Shown here piece by piece: positions 43,255-53,555 of a DNA stretch of 64,000 bases (the first letter of the stretch is position 1; each line of letters starts with the position of its first letter). A program made the position numbers and the translations under genes. The stretch is from an uncultured candidate division Zixibacteria bacterium (GTDB taxonomy: Bacteria; Zixibacteria; MSB-5A5; GN15; FEB-12), in assembly GCA_963806185.1 (NCBI GenBank), contig CAWDXE010000007.1:640001-704000 (forward strand). Reading direction: 5' to 3'. The notes beneath the pieces were generated by a model. That model was not told the DNA's origin and made no database searches. It was given only the letters and a program-made list of their open reading frames with translations.

Positions 43255-43422
43255 GATTTTCCTCGATGTTGCTGCCCGTCACGGGGCGATACCCTGGCAC
43301 AAATGTATTTTATGCCATCATGCCGTGCCCCGTCACTCGAAACGGATCGGCGGGTAGTATACGCCGCCCGTCGGGGATAGTCAATATGAGTGGAATTGCC
43401 GAAGAAGAGACTGAACCGGTTC

Positions 43423-43659
43423 TTAACGGTCGGTCAACAATGCACTTCGCCCCCGCGTCACTCTGCCTGAATGAGCCGTGGTTGCCTGGATCAAGACACA
43501 CAGACGGTCACGGATCGGCGCGAATTCAAAATCGACTTGTTCGCCCGATTGCAGCAGTCGGGAGTTGCTCGCGCACACATAGCTACTGCGAAAGCGAAGT
43601 TGATCACCTACCTGCAGGTATATCTGATTCTCCGTGAGTTCGAGAACTCGTCCGCGCAT
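43423..43659 (-). CDS. Small hypothetical protein (78 aa, possibly OB-fold-like)
   Basis: Strong SD AGGAGG just before ATG 43659; alternating beta pattern MRGRVLEL...GEQVDFEF. Confidence 0.5.
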   Translation of the reverse strand: MRGRVLELTENQIYLQVGDQLRFRSSYVCASNSRLLQSGEQVDFEFAPIRDRLCVLIQATTAHSGRVTRGRSALLTDR

Positions 43660-43979
43660 ATACCCTCCTGTCTCCTCGATTCCTTTCACGAACACATTGC
43701 ACGCAGCAAGGCAATGGTCGCCACCGCCGCGCCTTGCATTGGATGTGTGCTTTCAGAGTAAGTTCGATGTTCCAAGCGAAGGAGAAGAATCCGTAGTTGT
43801 ACTATATTTACGTCACACGGGTCGGGCCTGTCAATAGGAATCACGGGGTCGGCGGAGTGTCTCATGCTGTCGGCCGCGTGGCGATTTCGCTGTAGGGAGC
43901 CCGATGTCCCCGCTCATATTGGACTAGACGACTCGCTAAAGTCCTCTAAGCGGAAGGCAAGTCGTTGCAATGGGTCAGT

Positions 43980-43997
43980 TTGTGAAAAAAGTAACTA
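43980..43997 (+). promoter_or_regulatory. Possible Rex operator upstream of ccm
   Basis: TTGTGAA-AAAA-GTAACTA versus TTGTGAA-N4-TTCACAA; lies just upstream of a TTGCTT-16 bp-TATAAT promoter (44016..44043). Confidence 0.4.
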
Positions 43998-44082
43998 ATT
44001 TTGTTTCTTTTTGTGTTGCTTTTTGCGTGGCCGCCTGTATAATGGCCTAGGCGAAATGAGCGAAGGAGTAACAACTTAGCAT

Positions 44083-44736
44083 ATGTGGTGGAAGCTGCTG
44101 TTGTTCGTCGCGATGTCGACGATGATTGTCTTCAGTTTTACGACACCTGCCCCGCAGGCACAGATAGGGGAGTCGAGTCGGATATTCTATTATCATATCC
44201 CGCAGGCCTGGATCTGCGTGATTGCCTTTGCCATTTCCATGATTTACTCCATCAAGTTTCTGAGATCCAAGTCGTTGATCGATGATGACAGGGCCGTTTC
44301 CGCCGCAGCGCTCGGGTTTATGTTTTGCGCTCTGGCTACTGTCTCCGGCTCGATTTTCGCCAAAGTGACTTGGGGCTCGTTCTGGAATTGGGATCCCAGA
44401 GAGACGTCGATATTCGTGCTCCTCCTGATTTATGGCGCCTACTTTGCCCTCAGGGGAGCGGTCGAGGTAGAGGAGAAGCGGGCTAGTTTGGCCGCCGTCT
44501 ACGCGATCTTTGCGTTCGTGACGGTGCCGTTCCTTATTTTTGTGGTGCCCCGGCTGGTGCCCTCGCTGCATCCGGCCGATTCCGTTATCAATAAAGATCT
44601 GAAATTCACCATGGGCGGTTCAGTTCGCCTGATCTTTTTCTCGTCCCTGGTGTTATTTACTGTGTTGTTCCTGTGGTTGTTTTCGTTGGCCAGCCGGGTG
44701 CAAATCCTAACTCGGAAGCAGTTGGAAAGTGAGTAA
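44083..44736 (+). CDS. ccmC: Cytochrome c biogenesis protein CcmC
   Basis: IFYYHIP, WWD motif WGSFWNWDPRET, SLHP. Confidence 0.92.
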   Translation: MWWKLLLFVAMSTMIVFSFTTPAPQAQIGESSRIFYYHIPQAWICVIAFAISMIYSIKFLRSKSLIDDDRAVSAAALGFMFCALATVSGSIFAKVTWGSFWNWDPRETSIFVLLLIYGAYFALRGAVEVEEKRASLAAVYAIFAFVTVPFLIFVVPRLVPSLHPADSVINKDLKFTMGGSVRLIFFSSLVLFTVLFLWLFSLASRVQILTRKQLESE

Positions 44737-44853
44737 ATGATGGACGGTAACTACGTTGCCCTGGGCGTCACGCTGATGGTCTGGATCGGGCTGTTCTTCT
44801 TTGTATTGCGGGTGGATAAAAAGGTGAAGCGACTCGAAGGGAAATCAAAATGA
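44737..44853 (+). CDS. ccmD: CcmD small membrane protein (38 aa, below the ORF-track cutoff)
   Basis: MMDGNYVALGVTLMVWIGLFFFVLRVDKKVKRLEGKSK: one TM helix plus basic tail, fills the ccmC-ccmE gap exactly with an ATGA overlap. Confidence 0.85.
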   Translation: MMDGNYVALGVTLMVWIGLFFFVLRVDKKVKRLEGKSK

Positions 44854-45296
44854 AGGCGAAATACATAATCGGCAGTGTCATTATTCTCGTCTTCCTGGTC
44901 TGGGGAGCGTCGGCGTTCATGAAGACGACCATCCAGTACGTATCGCTCGATGAAGCTGTCCATGCCAAGCGGACGGTGCAGGTGATGGGGAAGATCGATT
45001 TCAACCGCGTCCAGTACAATGACAAGAATACCCGACTCGAATTTGCCATTTACGATGCCACGGCGAAGGACTCGTCACTCGCCGAACGCATGCCGGTAGT
45101 CTATTACGGCGTGGTCCCGGGGAACTTCGATCAGGCGACTTCGGTCGTGCTGAAAGGGAAACCCGGCACGGACGGGGTCTTCGTCGCCGAGCAGATGCTC
45201 GTGAAATGCCCCTCCAAGTACCAGGGTGAGGGTGGCAGTGAATACCAGGACATGAAGAAGCATGATGAGGCGGTCGGCGGAAAGCAAGGGGTCTGA
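44850..45296 (+). CDS. ccmE: Heme chaperone CcmE, Cys-type (CxxxY)
   Basis: N-terminal TM helix, VVYYGVVPGNF, LVKCPSKY. Confidence 0.92.
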   Translation: MKAKYIIGSVIILVFLVWGASAFMKTTIQYVSLDEAVHAKRTVQVMGKIDFNRVQYNDKNTRLEFAIYDATAKDSSLAERMPVVYYGVVPGNFDQATSVVLKGKPGTDGVFVAEQMLVKCPSKYQGEGGSEYQDMKKHDEAVGGKQGV

Positions 45297-45298
45297 CG

Positions 45299-47689
45299 AT
45301 GGGGTTGCAGATCCCCGGCCAACTGCTCATCATCTTTGCACTGGTCGCTAATATCGTCGCCGGAGGATGTTTCTACCTCGTCGCCCGCGGCATGCGGCAC
45401 GTCGAGTCACTGGCCATACGCGCCTACCATGCGCTGGTGATTTCGTCGTTGCTGGCCGGGGCGTGGCTCTATTACCTCTTCTTCTCCGACAACTTCGCCT
45501 TCAAGTATGTGTACGAATATTCCGACCGACACCAGTCGTTCTTCTACACGCTGTCGGCCTTTTGGGGGGGACAGGAAGGCACCTATCTCCTCTGGTTGAT
45601 TCTCAACTGTATGTTCGGGTATCTGGTCCTTCGCTGGGCGGACACGCTCCGCAACTGGGCGATGGTGATCTATTCAGCCATCAATTTGTTCTTTCTCCTG
45701 ATACTCTTGCACTTGTCGCCGTTCGCGCTGCTTTCCTTTGCGGCGCCCGACGGTCTTGGGCTTAATCCCCTTTTGCGGGATCCCTGGATGGTCATCCACC
45801 CGCCGATCGTCTTCATCGGGTACGCGATTGCCTCGGTGCCGTTCAGTCTCGTCATCGCAGCCTTCATCACCAGACAGTATGACGATCTGCCCCGCAAAGT
45901 TTTTCCATGGGTCGCCGTGGCTGCCCTGATGTTGGCCGGCGGCAATATTCTCGGCGGCTACTGGGCCTACAAGACGTTGGGCTGGGGCGGTTTCTGGGCC
46001 TGGGATCCGGTGGAAAACTCGTCGTTCGTCCCATGGATCATTGCCCTGGCGCTTCTGCACGGTTTAATCATCGAGCGAAGAAGCGGTGCCCTGCGTCGCA
46101 CGAACTTGCTTATGGCCGCATTTCTGTTCCTGCTGGTCATCTACGGGACTTTTCTGACTCGTAGCGGCGTGCTGGCCGATTTTTCGGTCCACAGTTTCAC
46201 CGATCTCGGCACCAACCAGTACCTGATTGGATTCATGATCTTCTTTACCCTCCTGACGCTGGTGCTGTTTGCCCTGAGAGCGAGGGAGCTTGGCGGCAAG
46301 CCGATGAATTACGATTTCTACGGTCGCGAGTTTTCACTGTTTGCCGGCATGGTCGTGCTCTTCTTGTTTGGTGTTGTGGTGCTGTTTTGGACTTCGCTGC
46401 CCGTCCTCACCACTTGGTTTACGGATACGCCGCGAGCAGCCGACGTTGCGACCTACAACAGTTTTGCCCAGCCGCTGGCGGTTGTTATCGCCTTGCTGCT
46501 GTGTCTTTCACCCTTCACGACTTTCGCCAACCATAGCACATCGGAGTGGAAGAAGACGTTCTTCATTGCCCTTATGATCGCGCTCGTTCTCGGGTTCGGT
46601 CTCTTCATGGGTATTCTCAAAACTGATTTCGTTTTTGCTGCTGTCTTTGCCCTGGTGACATTGGGACTGGCGATGTTTGCCGCCAGGAGGGAGAACCTTC
46701 GGGTGATCGCCCCGAGCATCATATCGCTGATAGCAGTCGCGGCCATCGCCTGGTTGTTCGAGGTGCGCGATTATATGCAGCTTCTATTTTTCGGCGTGGG
46801 AGCGGCCGCCATCGTCTCCAACTTCATTGTAATCGCTGGCTTCTTCCCGGCGCGTTGGAAGGTTGCCGGGGGACACCTGACTCATATCGGTTTTGGCTTC
46901 ACCATTCTCGGCGTTTTGGCATCCTCGGCGTTCACCACGAGCGAGAAGGTGGTTATCGACAAAGGCAAAACCGGACAGGCGTTCGGTCTCACTGTTCAAT
47001 ACAACGGTCTGGCCGGTGATATGCGCCAGCCCAACAATGAGGTACTGTTGGTTCTCAGCCACGGCACCGATTCCTATGAAGCGCGCCCACAGCTCTATTT
47101 CTCCGAACGTATGCAAGGTACGATGCGGAGGCCGTTCATCGACCGGAGCCTGCTCCAGGATCTGTATCTTGCGCCACAAGAGGTCCAGCAGGACGATCAT
47201 CAGACGTCGGGCGGCATAATTCTGCATAAGGGGGAGTCTCAGCAAGTTGGTGACGTCACCCTTACCTTCCAGGCGTTCGATATGGGTGGTCACGGTACCG
47301 ATACCGGTATGGCCCGCTTCGCCGCCAAGATTGACGTCTTTGCACAGGAGAAGATATCCAGCATTGAGCCGGCGCAAGCTCAGGTTCCCGGACCTGACGG
47401 CCAGCCTGCATTGGTGGCCGTGCCGGATAGTCTCGTCATCGGTGGCCGAACCTACCTGGTGTCGCTCGACCGAATATTGGCCGACCAGGGTGCTGTCCAA
47501 ATATCCATACCTGGGCTTGCTGATATGGGTGGGGGAGAGCGCATCGTGCTGGACATTTCCAAGAAACCACTCATCAGCCTCGTCTGGCTGGGGACCTCGC
47601 TTATCTTGCTTGGATCGCTATTAACCTACTTCCGGCGTCGCGACGAACTGGGTAGACCGGTCATATCCGATTACGCTACAAACAAGTAG
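45299..47689 (+). CDS. ccmF: Cytochrome c heme lyase CcmF
   Basis: WGGQEG, GLNPLL, IHPP, WAY..LGWGGFWAWDPVENSS, TRSGVL..SVHSF, HLTHIG. Confidence 0.95.
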   Translation: MGLQIPGQLLIIFALVANIVAGGCFYLVARGMRHVESLAIRAYHALVISSLLAGAWLYYLFFSDNFAFKYVYEYSDRHQSFFYTLSAFWGGQEGTYLLWLILNCMFGYLVLRWADTLRNWAMVIYSAINLFFLLILLHLSPFALLSFAAPDGLGLNPLLRDPWMVIHPPIVFIGYAIASVPFSLVIAAFITRQYDDLPRKVFPWVAVAALMLAGGNILGGYWAYKTLGWGGFWAWDPVENSSFVPWIIALALLHGLIIERRSGALRRTNLLMAAFLFLLVIYGTFLTRSGVLADFSVHSFTDLGTNQYLIGFMIFFTLLTLVLFALRARELGGKPMNYDFYGREFSLFAGMVVLFLFGVVVLFWTSLPVLTTWFTDTPRAADVATYNSFAQPLAVVIALLLCLSPFTTFANHSTSEWKKTFFIALMIALVLGFGLFMGILKTDFVFAAVFALVTLGLAMFAARRENLRVIAPSIISLIAVAAIAWLFEVRDYMQLLFFGVGAAAIVSNFIVIAGFFPARWKVAGGHLTHIGFGFTILGVLASSAFTTSEKVVIDKGKTGQAFGLTVQYNGLAGDMRQPNNEVLLVLSHGTDSYEARPQLYFSERMQGTMRRPFIDRSLLQDLYLAPQEVQQDDHQTSGGIILHKGESQQVGDVTLTFQAFDMGGHGTDTGMARFAAKIDVFAQEKISSIEPAQAQVPGPDGQPALVAVPDSLVIGGRTYLVSLDRILADQGAVQISIPGLADMGGGERIVLDISKKPLISLVWLGTSLILLGSLLTYFRRRDELGRPVISDYATNK

Positions 47690-47744
47690 GGGATGCCGAT
47701 TTTCCTAATTTGACCACAAAGAAGGTCTTGACAATCGATCAAGT

Positions 47745-47762
47745 TTGTGTTTTTTTTCACAA
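47745..47762 (+). promoter_or_regulatory. Probable Rex (NADH/NAD+ sensor) operator
   Basis: TTGTG-N8-CACAA palindrome with perfect right half TTCACAA, covering the expected -10 region downstream of TTGACA at 47728. Confidence 0.55.
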
Positions 47763-47878
47763 TAATGTTGAATGGATTGCCGACAATTAAGGTAGGTAAT
47801 GTTTAGTTTTACGAATGTGATCGTGGTGCTAAATCCAGTCTTTGGGAGAATCTGGCTGGACAAAAGGTTAGGTGGCAT

Positions 47879-49852
47879 ATGAGACGCAGTTTTGCCCTTT
47901 GGCTTTCCTTTACAACTCTTCTGGTGACGGGGGCTCTGGCGCAGTCAGACAACGAAACCTGTTTGAGTTGTCATGGCGACAATTCTCTGGTCGGCACGGA
48001 TAGCCGCGGAGCCGAGGCGTCGATGTTTGTCACGCAGCAACAGCTGGATTCGTCAGTTCATACCGGGATGGCTTGCGTCGATTGCCATACTGATCTCGCT
48101 GCGGTGTCCGACTTTCCTCACGCCGAGAAGCTCCAACGGGTCGCCTGCGGCACCTGTCACAGCGATATTGCTGACATTTACAAGACTTCTGCACACGGGG
48201 CCGCGGAAAATAATCCAAATGCCGCCACCTGTGCTTCCTGTCACGGAAAGCACAAGATACTTTCGGAGAGAAATCCGGAATCGATGATTGCGGCCCGCAA
48301 CCTGCCGAACACCTGTTCATCGTGTCATTCGAAAATGGTCCTCAAAACGGACCCCGATCTCCGTTTGGCCGATTCCTACGATCGGTATATGCGAGGGATT
48401 CATGCCGAGGGTATTGCCAAGGGAGTCGGTTCGGCGGCCACCTGTAATGATTGCCACGGCATGCATGACCTGAAGAAAGCTTCGGATCCCGACTAGTACC
48501 GTGAACAAGATGAATATTCCGAGACTTGCTCGAAGTGCCACAACGATATCTACATCAAGTACGCGCGCGGTATCCACGGAAAGGCGCTCGAAGCCGGCAT
48601 TCTCGACGCTCCGAACTGCACGGACTGCCACGGCGAGCACGAAATTCTTGAGATCTCCGATCCAAATTCACCGGTCAATGCCGACGAATCTCGCCGACTT
48701 TGTTTGCTCGAAATGCCACAACGATCCGCGCGTGGTCGAGAAGTACGGGTCTGCACAAAGAGAAATTCTCGTCCTACCAGGATTCATATCACGGTCTGGC
48801 TGTGCGCGGAGGCTCGGTTAAAGCCGCCAGTTGCGCCTCGTGTCATCAGGCTCACGACATCTTACCGCGCGCCAACGTAGCATCCTCGGTCAACGACGCA
48901 AATATTGTCAAGACCTGCCAGAAGTGTCACCCCAGGCAAATCTGGCGTTTGCTACCAGTTACTCTCATAATACCGCCGAGATGGAATTCAGCACGCTCGA
49001 CAACACGGTCAAGAACATCTACATCATCGCCATCATCCTGATCATTGGCGGTATGCTTGCGCACAATGCGATCATCGTCTCCCGATTCATTATACAGAAA
49101 CATCGCCAGAACAAAGCGCTGCCGACGGTTGAGCGCTTCACGCCCGGGATGGTCTACCAGCACCTGGTGCTTACCTTTGCGTTCATCACTCTGGTGATTA
49201 CCGGGTTTGCCCTTCGCTACCCGAACGAGTGGTGGGTGAAAGGGCTGAACTCCGTCGGTATCCACGAGGATGTCCGGTCGGTCATTCACCGAATCGCTGC
49301 CGTTTTCCTGTGCTACATCTCGCTCCACCACGCGCTATTTCTGATCTTCTCGCGCCGCGGACAGAATCGAATTGAAGGCATTCTGGCCCACCAAGCAGGA
49401 CATTGTTGATGTCATGCCAGAACATGAAATTCTATCTCGGCCTCAGCAAGACAGCATCCGAAGTTCGACCGGTTTGACTATACGGAAAAGGCCGAGTACT
49501 GGGCCCTGGTCTGGGGTACGCTGATCATGGCCTTGACCGGTTTCATCCTTTGGTTCCCGACCTTCTTTACCGGGTTCATGCCGGCCTGGACTGGTGCGGA
49601 TTGCCGAGACCGTCCACTTGTACGAGGCGTGGCTTGCCACCTTGGCGATCGCAGTCTTCCACTTCTTCTTTGTTGTGTTCCATCCGGATCAGTACCCGAT
49701 GTCACTTGACCTGGATTACTGGACAGATGACTATCGACTCCTGCAAGGAGCATCATCCGGCCTGGTACGAACGGATTGCGAAAGAGAAGCAGTCAAAGGT
49801 GGCTCAGCCGAGCGACCTGCCTCCAAGGGTGAAGAGATACACAAGTAGTTGA
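47879..49852 (+). CDS. Multiheme cytochrome c (11 CxxCH) fused to a b-type cytochrome membrane domain (CbcL-like), broken by about 10 single-base indels
   Basis: Signal peptide; CLSCH, CVDCH, CGTCH, CASCH, CSSCH, CNDCH, CSKCH, CTDCH, CSKCH, CASCH, CQKCH across frames; then YQH..F..LVITGF, IHRIAA, FDYTEKAEYWALVWG, VHLYEAWLA..HFF. Confidence 0.85.
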
Positions 49853-50015
49853 TCTTCTCTAAAAAGCCTCCTATCCCCGCCCGAACCGGTATTCACATGA
49901 GCCGCTCAGGCGGCGGTCATTTTACTCCGGAATGCAAAAATCCGAGCCGGCTGCCAGAGGAACTCGTTGTACCGACCAATACTATAATAGGCTATTGGTT
50001 GGCGCATGCGGCGCC

Positions 50016-50044
50016 TTGACAGGCACATCCCTAAAACCTATTTT
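50016..50044 (+). promoter_or_regulatory. Putative sigma70 promoter
   Basis: TTGACA-17 bp-TATTTT upstream of the ABC ATPase gene. Confidence 0.5.
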
Positions 50045-50148
50045 GGCCGTCCTATGCGCTGAACCGATAAACTGTTGACTGTGACCGGAACTTTCCGGCC
50101 GTATCGACAGCATGAGGGAGATCAGTATGGGAGATTTCGCGTAATGCG

Positions 50149-50877
50149 ATGATTGAGGCCCGTGGGCTGAGCAAGTTCTACGGACCATTTGTCGCCATCA
50201 AAGACATTTCGTTCGCCATCCCCAAGGGTCAGATTGTCGCCTTTCTCGGTCCAAACGGGGCGGGCAAGACCACCACGATGAAGATCCTGACCGGGTATTT
50301 GTCCCCAGCGAAGGATCGGCCGCCATCGCCGGCCTGGATATCCGCACCCAACGACTGGAGGCAGCCAGGCGTCTGGGCTATCTTCCGGAAAACGGTCCAC
50401 TCTATGACGAGATGACCCCGCTGGAATTGCTCCGGTTCTTCGGCGAAGTTCGCTGCCTCTCCGGCTCGCACCTCCAGGGGAGAATCGACACTGTCATTCA
50501 CCAGTGTGCCCTTCAGCAGGTAGTCGAAAAACCGATCGGCAAGCTGTCGCGCGGGTACCGGCAACGCGTTGGTCTGGCTCAGGCGCTGCTTCACGATCCG
50601 GAGGTGCTCATCATGGATGAACCAACAGCCGGTCTGGACCCCAATCAAATCCGTGAGTTCCGTGCCAACATCGTCGAATTGGGGAAACTGAAGACAATTC
50701 TGCTTGTCGACTCACATTCTCCAGGAAGTGACGGCGGTGGCTGATCGGGTGATATTGGTCAATGAAGGGCGATTGGTGTTTGACGGCACGCCGACCGACC
50801 TTACCCAAGACGGGTCGATCGAGGCGACCTTCTACCGTCTCACCGGAAGCGCCGGGGCGGTCGGGGAGGCAGTATGA
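50149..50877 (+). CDS. ABC transporter ATPase (GldA-like), two frameshifts near 50305 and 50703
   Basis: [46 protein letters not shown] spread over successive frames. Confidence 0.88.
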
Positions 50878-53552
50878 TCCCCAAGATCAACTGGCGTGTA
50901 GTGAGCGTCATCGGCAGGCGCGATCTGAAGCTCTATTTCTCCAGCCCGACCGGCTACGTCTTTCTCACTCTCTTCATTTTCCTGAGTGCTGCGGCTGCCT
51001 TCTGGCAGCAGCGATTCTTTGCCGATAATCTGGCGAATCTCGATACGCTGAATTCAGTGTTTCCGTTCATCCTTCTCTTCTTCGTTCCGGCGTTGACCAT
51101 GAGCATTTGGGCGGATGAGCGACGACGCGGCACCGAGGAGCTGCTGCTCACACTGCCGGCGACAGATGTCGAAGTAGTCATGGGCAAGTATTTTGCGGCG
51201 GTCGGCATATTTACCGTTTCATTGATAGTCTCGCTCAGCCACGTCGCTGTGTTGCTCTGGCTGGGCCGACCGGATATGGGCCTGATGTTCGGCAACTATG
51301 TCGGCTTCTGGTTGCTTGGCGCGGCGATGGTAGCGATCGGCATGGTGGCTTCCTTGCTCACGGCTCATGCGACCATCGGCTTCATTCTGGGCGCCCTGTT
51401 CTGCTCGTTTTTCGTCTTTGTCACGTCGACCCAGTTCGTGGTGAGCGAATGGCTGCAGAGGATACTGGCGCCGCTCGGCGTCTTCGAACATTTCAGCGAA
51501 TACTCTCGTGGACTCATGACGCTGGGTGGTCTGGTCTATTTCCTTTCGGTGATCGGGTTCATGCTCTATCTCAACGTCTTACTCCTCGGTCGAAGGCATT
51601 GGCCGGCGCAGGTCGAAGGGCAGCGCTTTGGATTGCACCAGGCGGCTCGGGCAGTAGCGGTTGCCGTCGCCCTGGTGAGCCTGAACGTCATCGTTGCCCG
51701 GGCCGGCATAGACCTGGATGTGACGGCGGAGGGGCTGCATTCGATTTCACCGGAAACAAAAGAGCTGATTCGCTCATTACCCAAGGATAAGCAGGTCTTT
51801 ATCCAGGCGTACGTGAGCCCCGAAGTACCGCGCGACTATGTTGAAACGCGCAATAATCTGATCAACAGTCTCAACGAAATCGCATCGCTTGCCCCCGACC
51901 GCGTGCAAGTGCTGATTCACGATACCGAGCCGTTCACCGACGCTGCCAAGGATGCGCGAGATAAATTCGGGATTGTCTCACGTGACATTGTCAGCATGGA
52001 GTCGGCGCGCACCTCAACTGTCCCGGTTTTCATGGGACTTGCGTTTACCTGTGGTGCCTCGGAAGAAGTCATTCCCTTCTTCGATCGAGGTCTGCCGGCC
52101 GAATATGAGTTGGTGCGGAGTATTCGCGTTGTGACAAAGGCCGAACGAAAGAATATCGGCGTCGTCACAACGGCTGCGAAAGTATTCGGCGGGTTTGATT
52201 TTGAATCCATGCAATCGACACCGCCATGGGGCATTGTCCAGGAGCTGCAAAAGCAGTACAATGTGACCCAGATTGACGCCGCTCAGCCGATCTCCGAGAC
52301 ACTCGACGGCCTGCTGGTCATTCTCCCGTCGTCGCTTCCGCAGAATGCACTCGACAATTTGCGAGACTACGTAATGGCGGGACATCCAACATTGATTATT
52401 GATGATCCTCTGCCGCTGATCAATCCGGCGCTGTCACCGGTGCTGCCCTCCGACGCCCAGTCGAACCCGTTCACGCGCAATCAGTCACAGCAACCGGAAC
52501 CGAAGGGCAATGTGCAGGCATTGATATCCCAGTTGGGTATTCACTGGGACCCGCAACAGATTATTTGGGATACCTATAATCCGCATCCTGAGCTGGGTCA
52601 GGTGCCACCGGAGATTCTATTTCTTGGCAAGGGAGACGTGGCCACCCCGGGATTCAATCCGGATCACCCGGCCAGTTCCGGCCTGCAAGAGGTTGTGGCC
52701 CTCTATTCCGGCTGCCTCATCAAGGCGCAGGATTCGCCTTACGAGTTCACGCCGTTGCTGCGGACCGGCCATCTTTCCGGCGCACTGGCCTGGCAGCAGT
52801 TGGTGCAACGCAGTTTCTTCGGCATGGGCCTGAACCGCAATCCCCGTCGCCAACCCACTGGCGAATCGTATATTGTAGCGGCGGAAGTCAAAGGCACCGG
52901 CCCGCTGCCTACCGGCGCCACCGGCGAGGTGAAACAGCCTAAGGTGAATGCGATCGTTATCACCGATCTCGATCTGATCTCCGAGCAGTTCTTCCAGTTC
53001 CGTGAACGAGGTCTGGCCAACTACAATTTCGACAATGTCACTTTCGTTCTGAACTGTATGGACCATCTGGTGGGTGACGAATCGTTTGTGGGTTTGCGCA
53101 AGAAACGGATTCGCCATCGTACGCTCGAGTCCGTTGAGGCACAGACCCAGCAGTTTGTCGAGAAACGACTTGAAGATGAAAAGAAGGCGGAGGAAGAGGC
53201 TCAGACGGCGCTTTCCGACGCTCAAAAACGATTGAATGACAAGGTCAGCGAGATCTCGAATCGCACCGATCTGGACATGCAGACAAAACAGATTATGGCT
53301 CAGAACATGCAGGAGGTCGAGAACCGACGGTTTGAGGTAACAAAAGCCAACATCGAATCGCGCAAACAGGCCACCGTTCAGCGAAGTAAAGAGGAGATGG
53401 AGTCGAACGTCCGCCGGATACAGAGCCGCATACGGGCGTTGGCCGTACTGCTGCCGCCGATTCCGGTGTTGGTGGTCGGTGTCTTTGTCTTTCTGCGGCG
53501 ACGCAAACGCGAACGAGAAGGGGCAGCCGCTGCCCGTCGGATGAGGAGCTAG
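50874..53552 (+). CDS. ABC permease fused to a GldG-like auxiliary domain (GldF-GldG fusion)
   Basis: YFSSPTGYVF, PALTMSIWADERRRGT.ELLLTLP, DLDVTA..LHSIS..T..L, EYELVRSI, N..FVLN..DHL.GDE. Confidence 0.85.
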   Translation: MIPKINWRVVSVIGRRDLKLYFSSPTGYVFLTLFIFLSAAAAFWQQRFFADNLANLDTLNSVFPFILLFFVPALTMSIWADERRRGTEELLLTLPATDVEVVMGKYFAAVGIFTVSLIVSLSHVAVLLWLGRPDMGLMFGNYVGFWLLGAAMVAIGMVASLLTAHATIGFILGALFCSFFVFVTSTQFVVSEWLQRILAPLGVFEHFSEYSRGLMTLGGLVYFLSVIGFMLYLNVLLLGRRHWPAQVEGQRFGLHQAARAVAVAVALVSLNVIVARAGIDLDVTAEGLHSISPETKELIRSLPKDKQVFIQAYVSPEVPRDYVETRNNLINSLNEIASLAPDRVQVLIHDTEPFTDAAKDARDKFGIVSRDIVSMESARTSTVPVFMGLAFTCGASEEVIPFFDRGLPAEYELVRSIRVVTKAERKNIGVVTTAAKVFGGFDFESMQSTPPWGIVQELQKQYNVTQIDAAQPISETLDGLLVILPSSLPQNALDNLRDYVMAGHPTLIIDDPLPLINPALSPVLPSDAQSNPFTRNQSQQPEPKGNVQALISQLGIHWDPQQIIWDTYNPHPELGQVPPEILFLGKGDVATPGFNPDHPASSGLQEVVALYSGCLIKAQDSPYEFTPLLRTGHLSGALAWQQLVQRSFFGMGLNRNPRRQPTGESYIVAAEVKGTGPLPTGATGEVKQPKVNAIVITDLDLISEQFFQFRERGLANYNFDNVTFVLNCMDHLVGDESFVGLRKKRIRHRTLESVEAQTQQFVEKRLEDEKKAEEEAQTALSDAQKRLNDKVSEISNRTDLDMQTKQIMAQNMQEVENRRFEVTKANIESRKQATVQRSKEEMESNVRRIQSRIRALAVLLPPIPVLVVGVFVFLRRRKREREGAAAARRMRS

Positions 53553-53555
53553 GGT

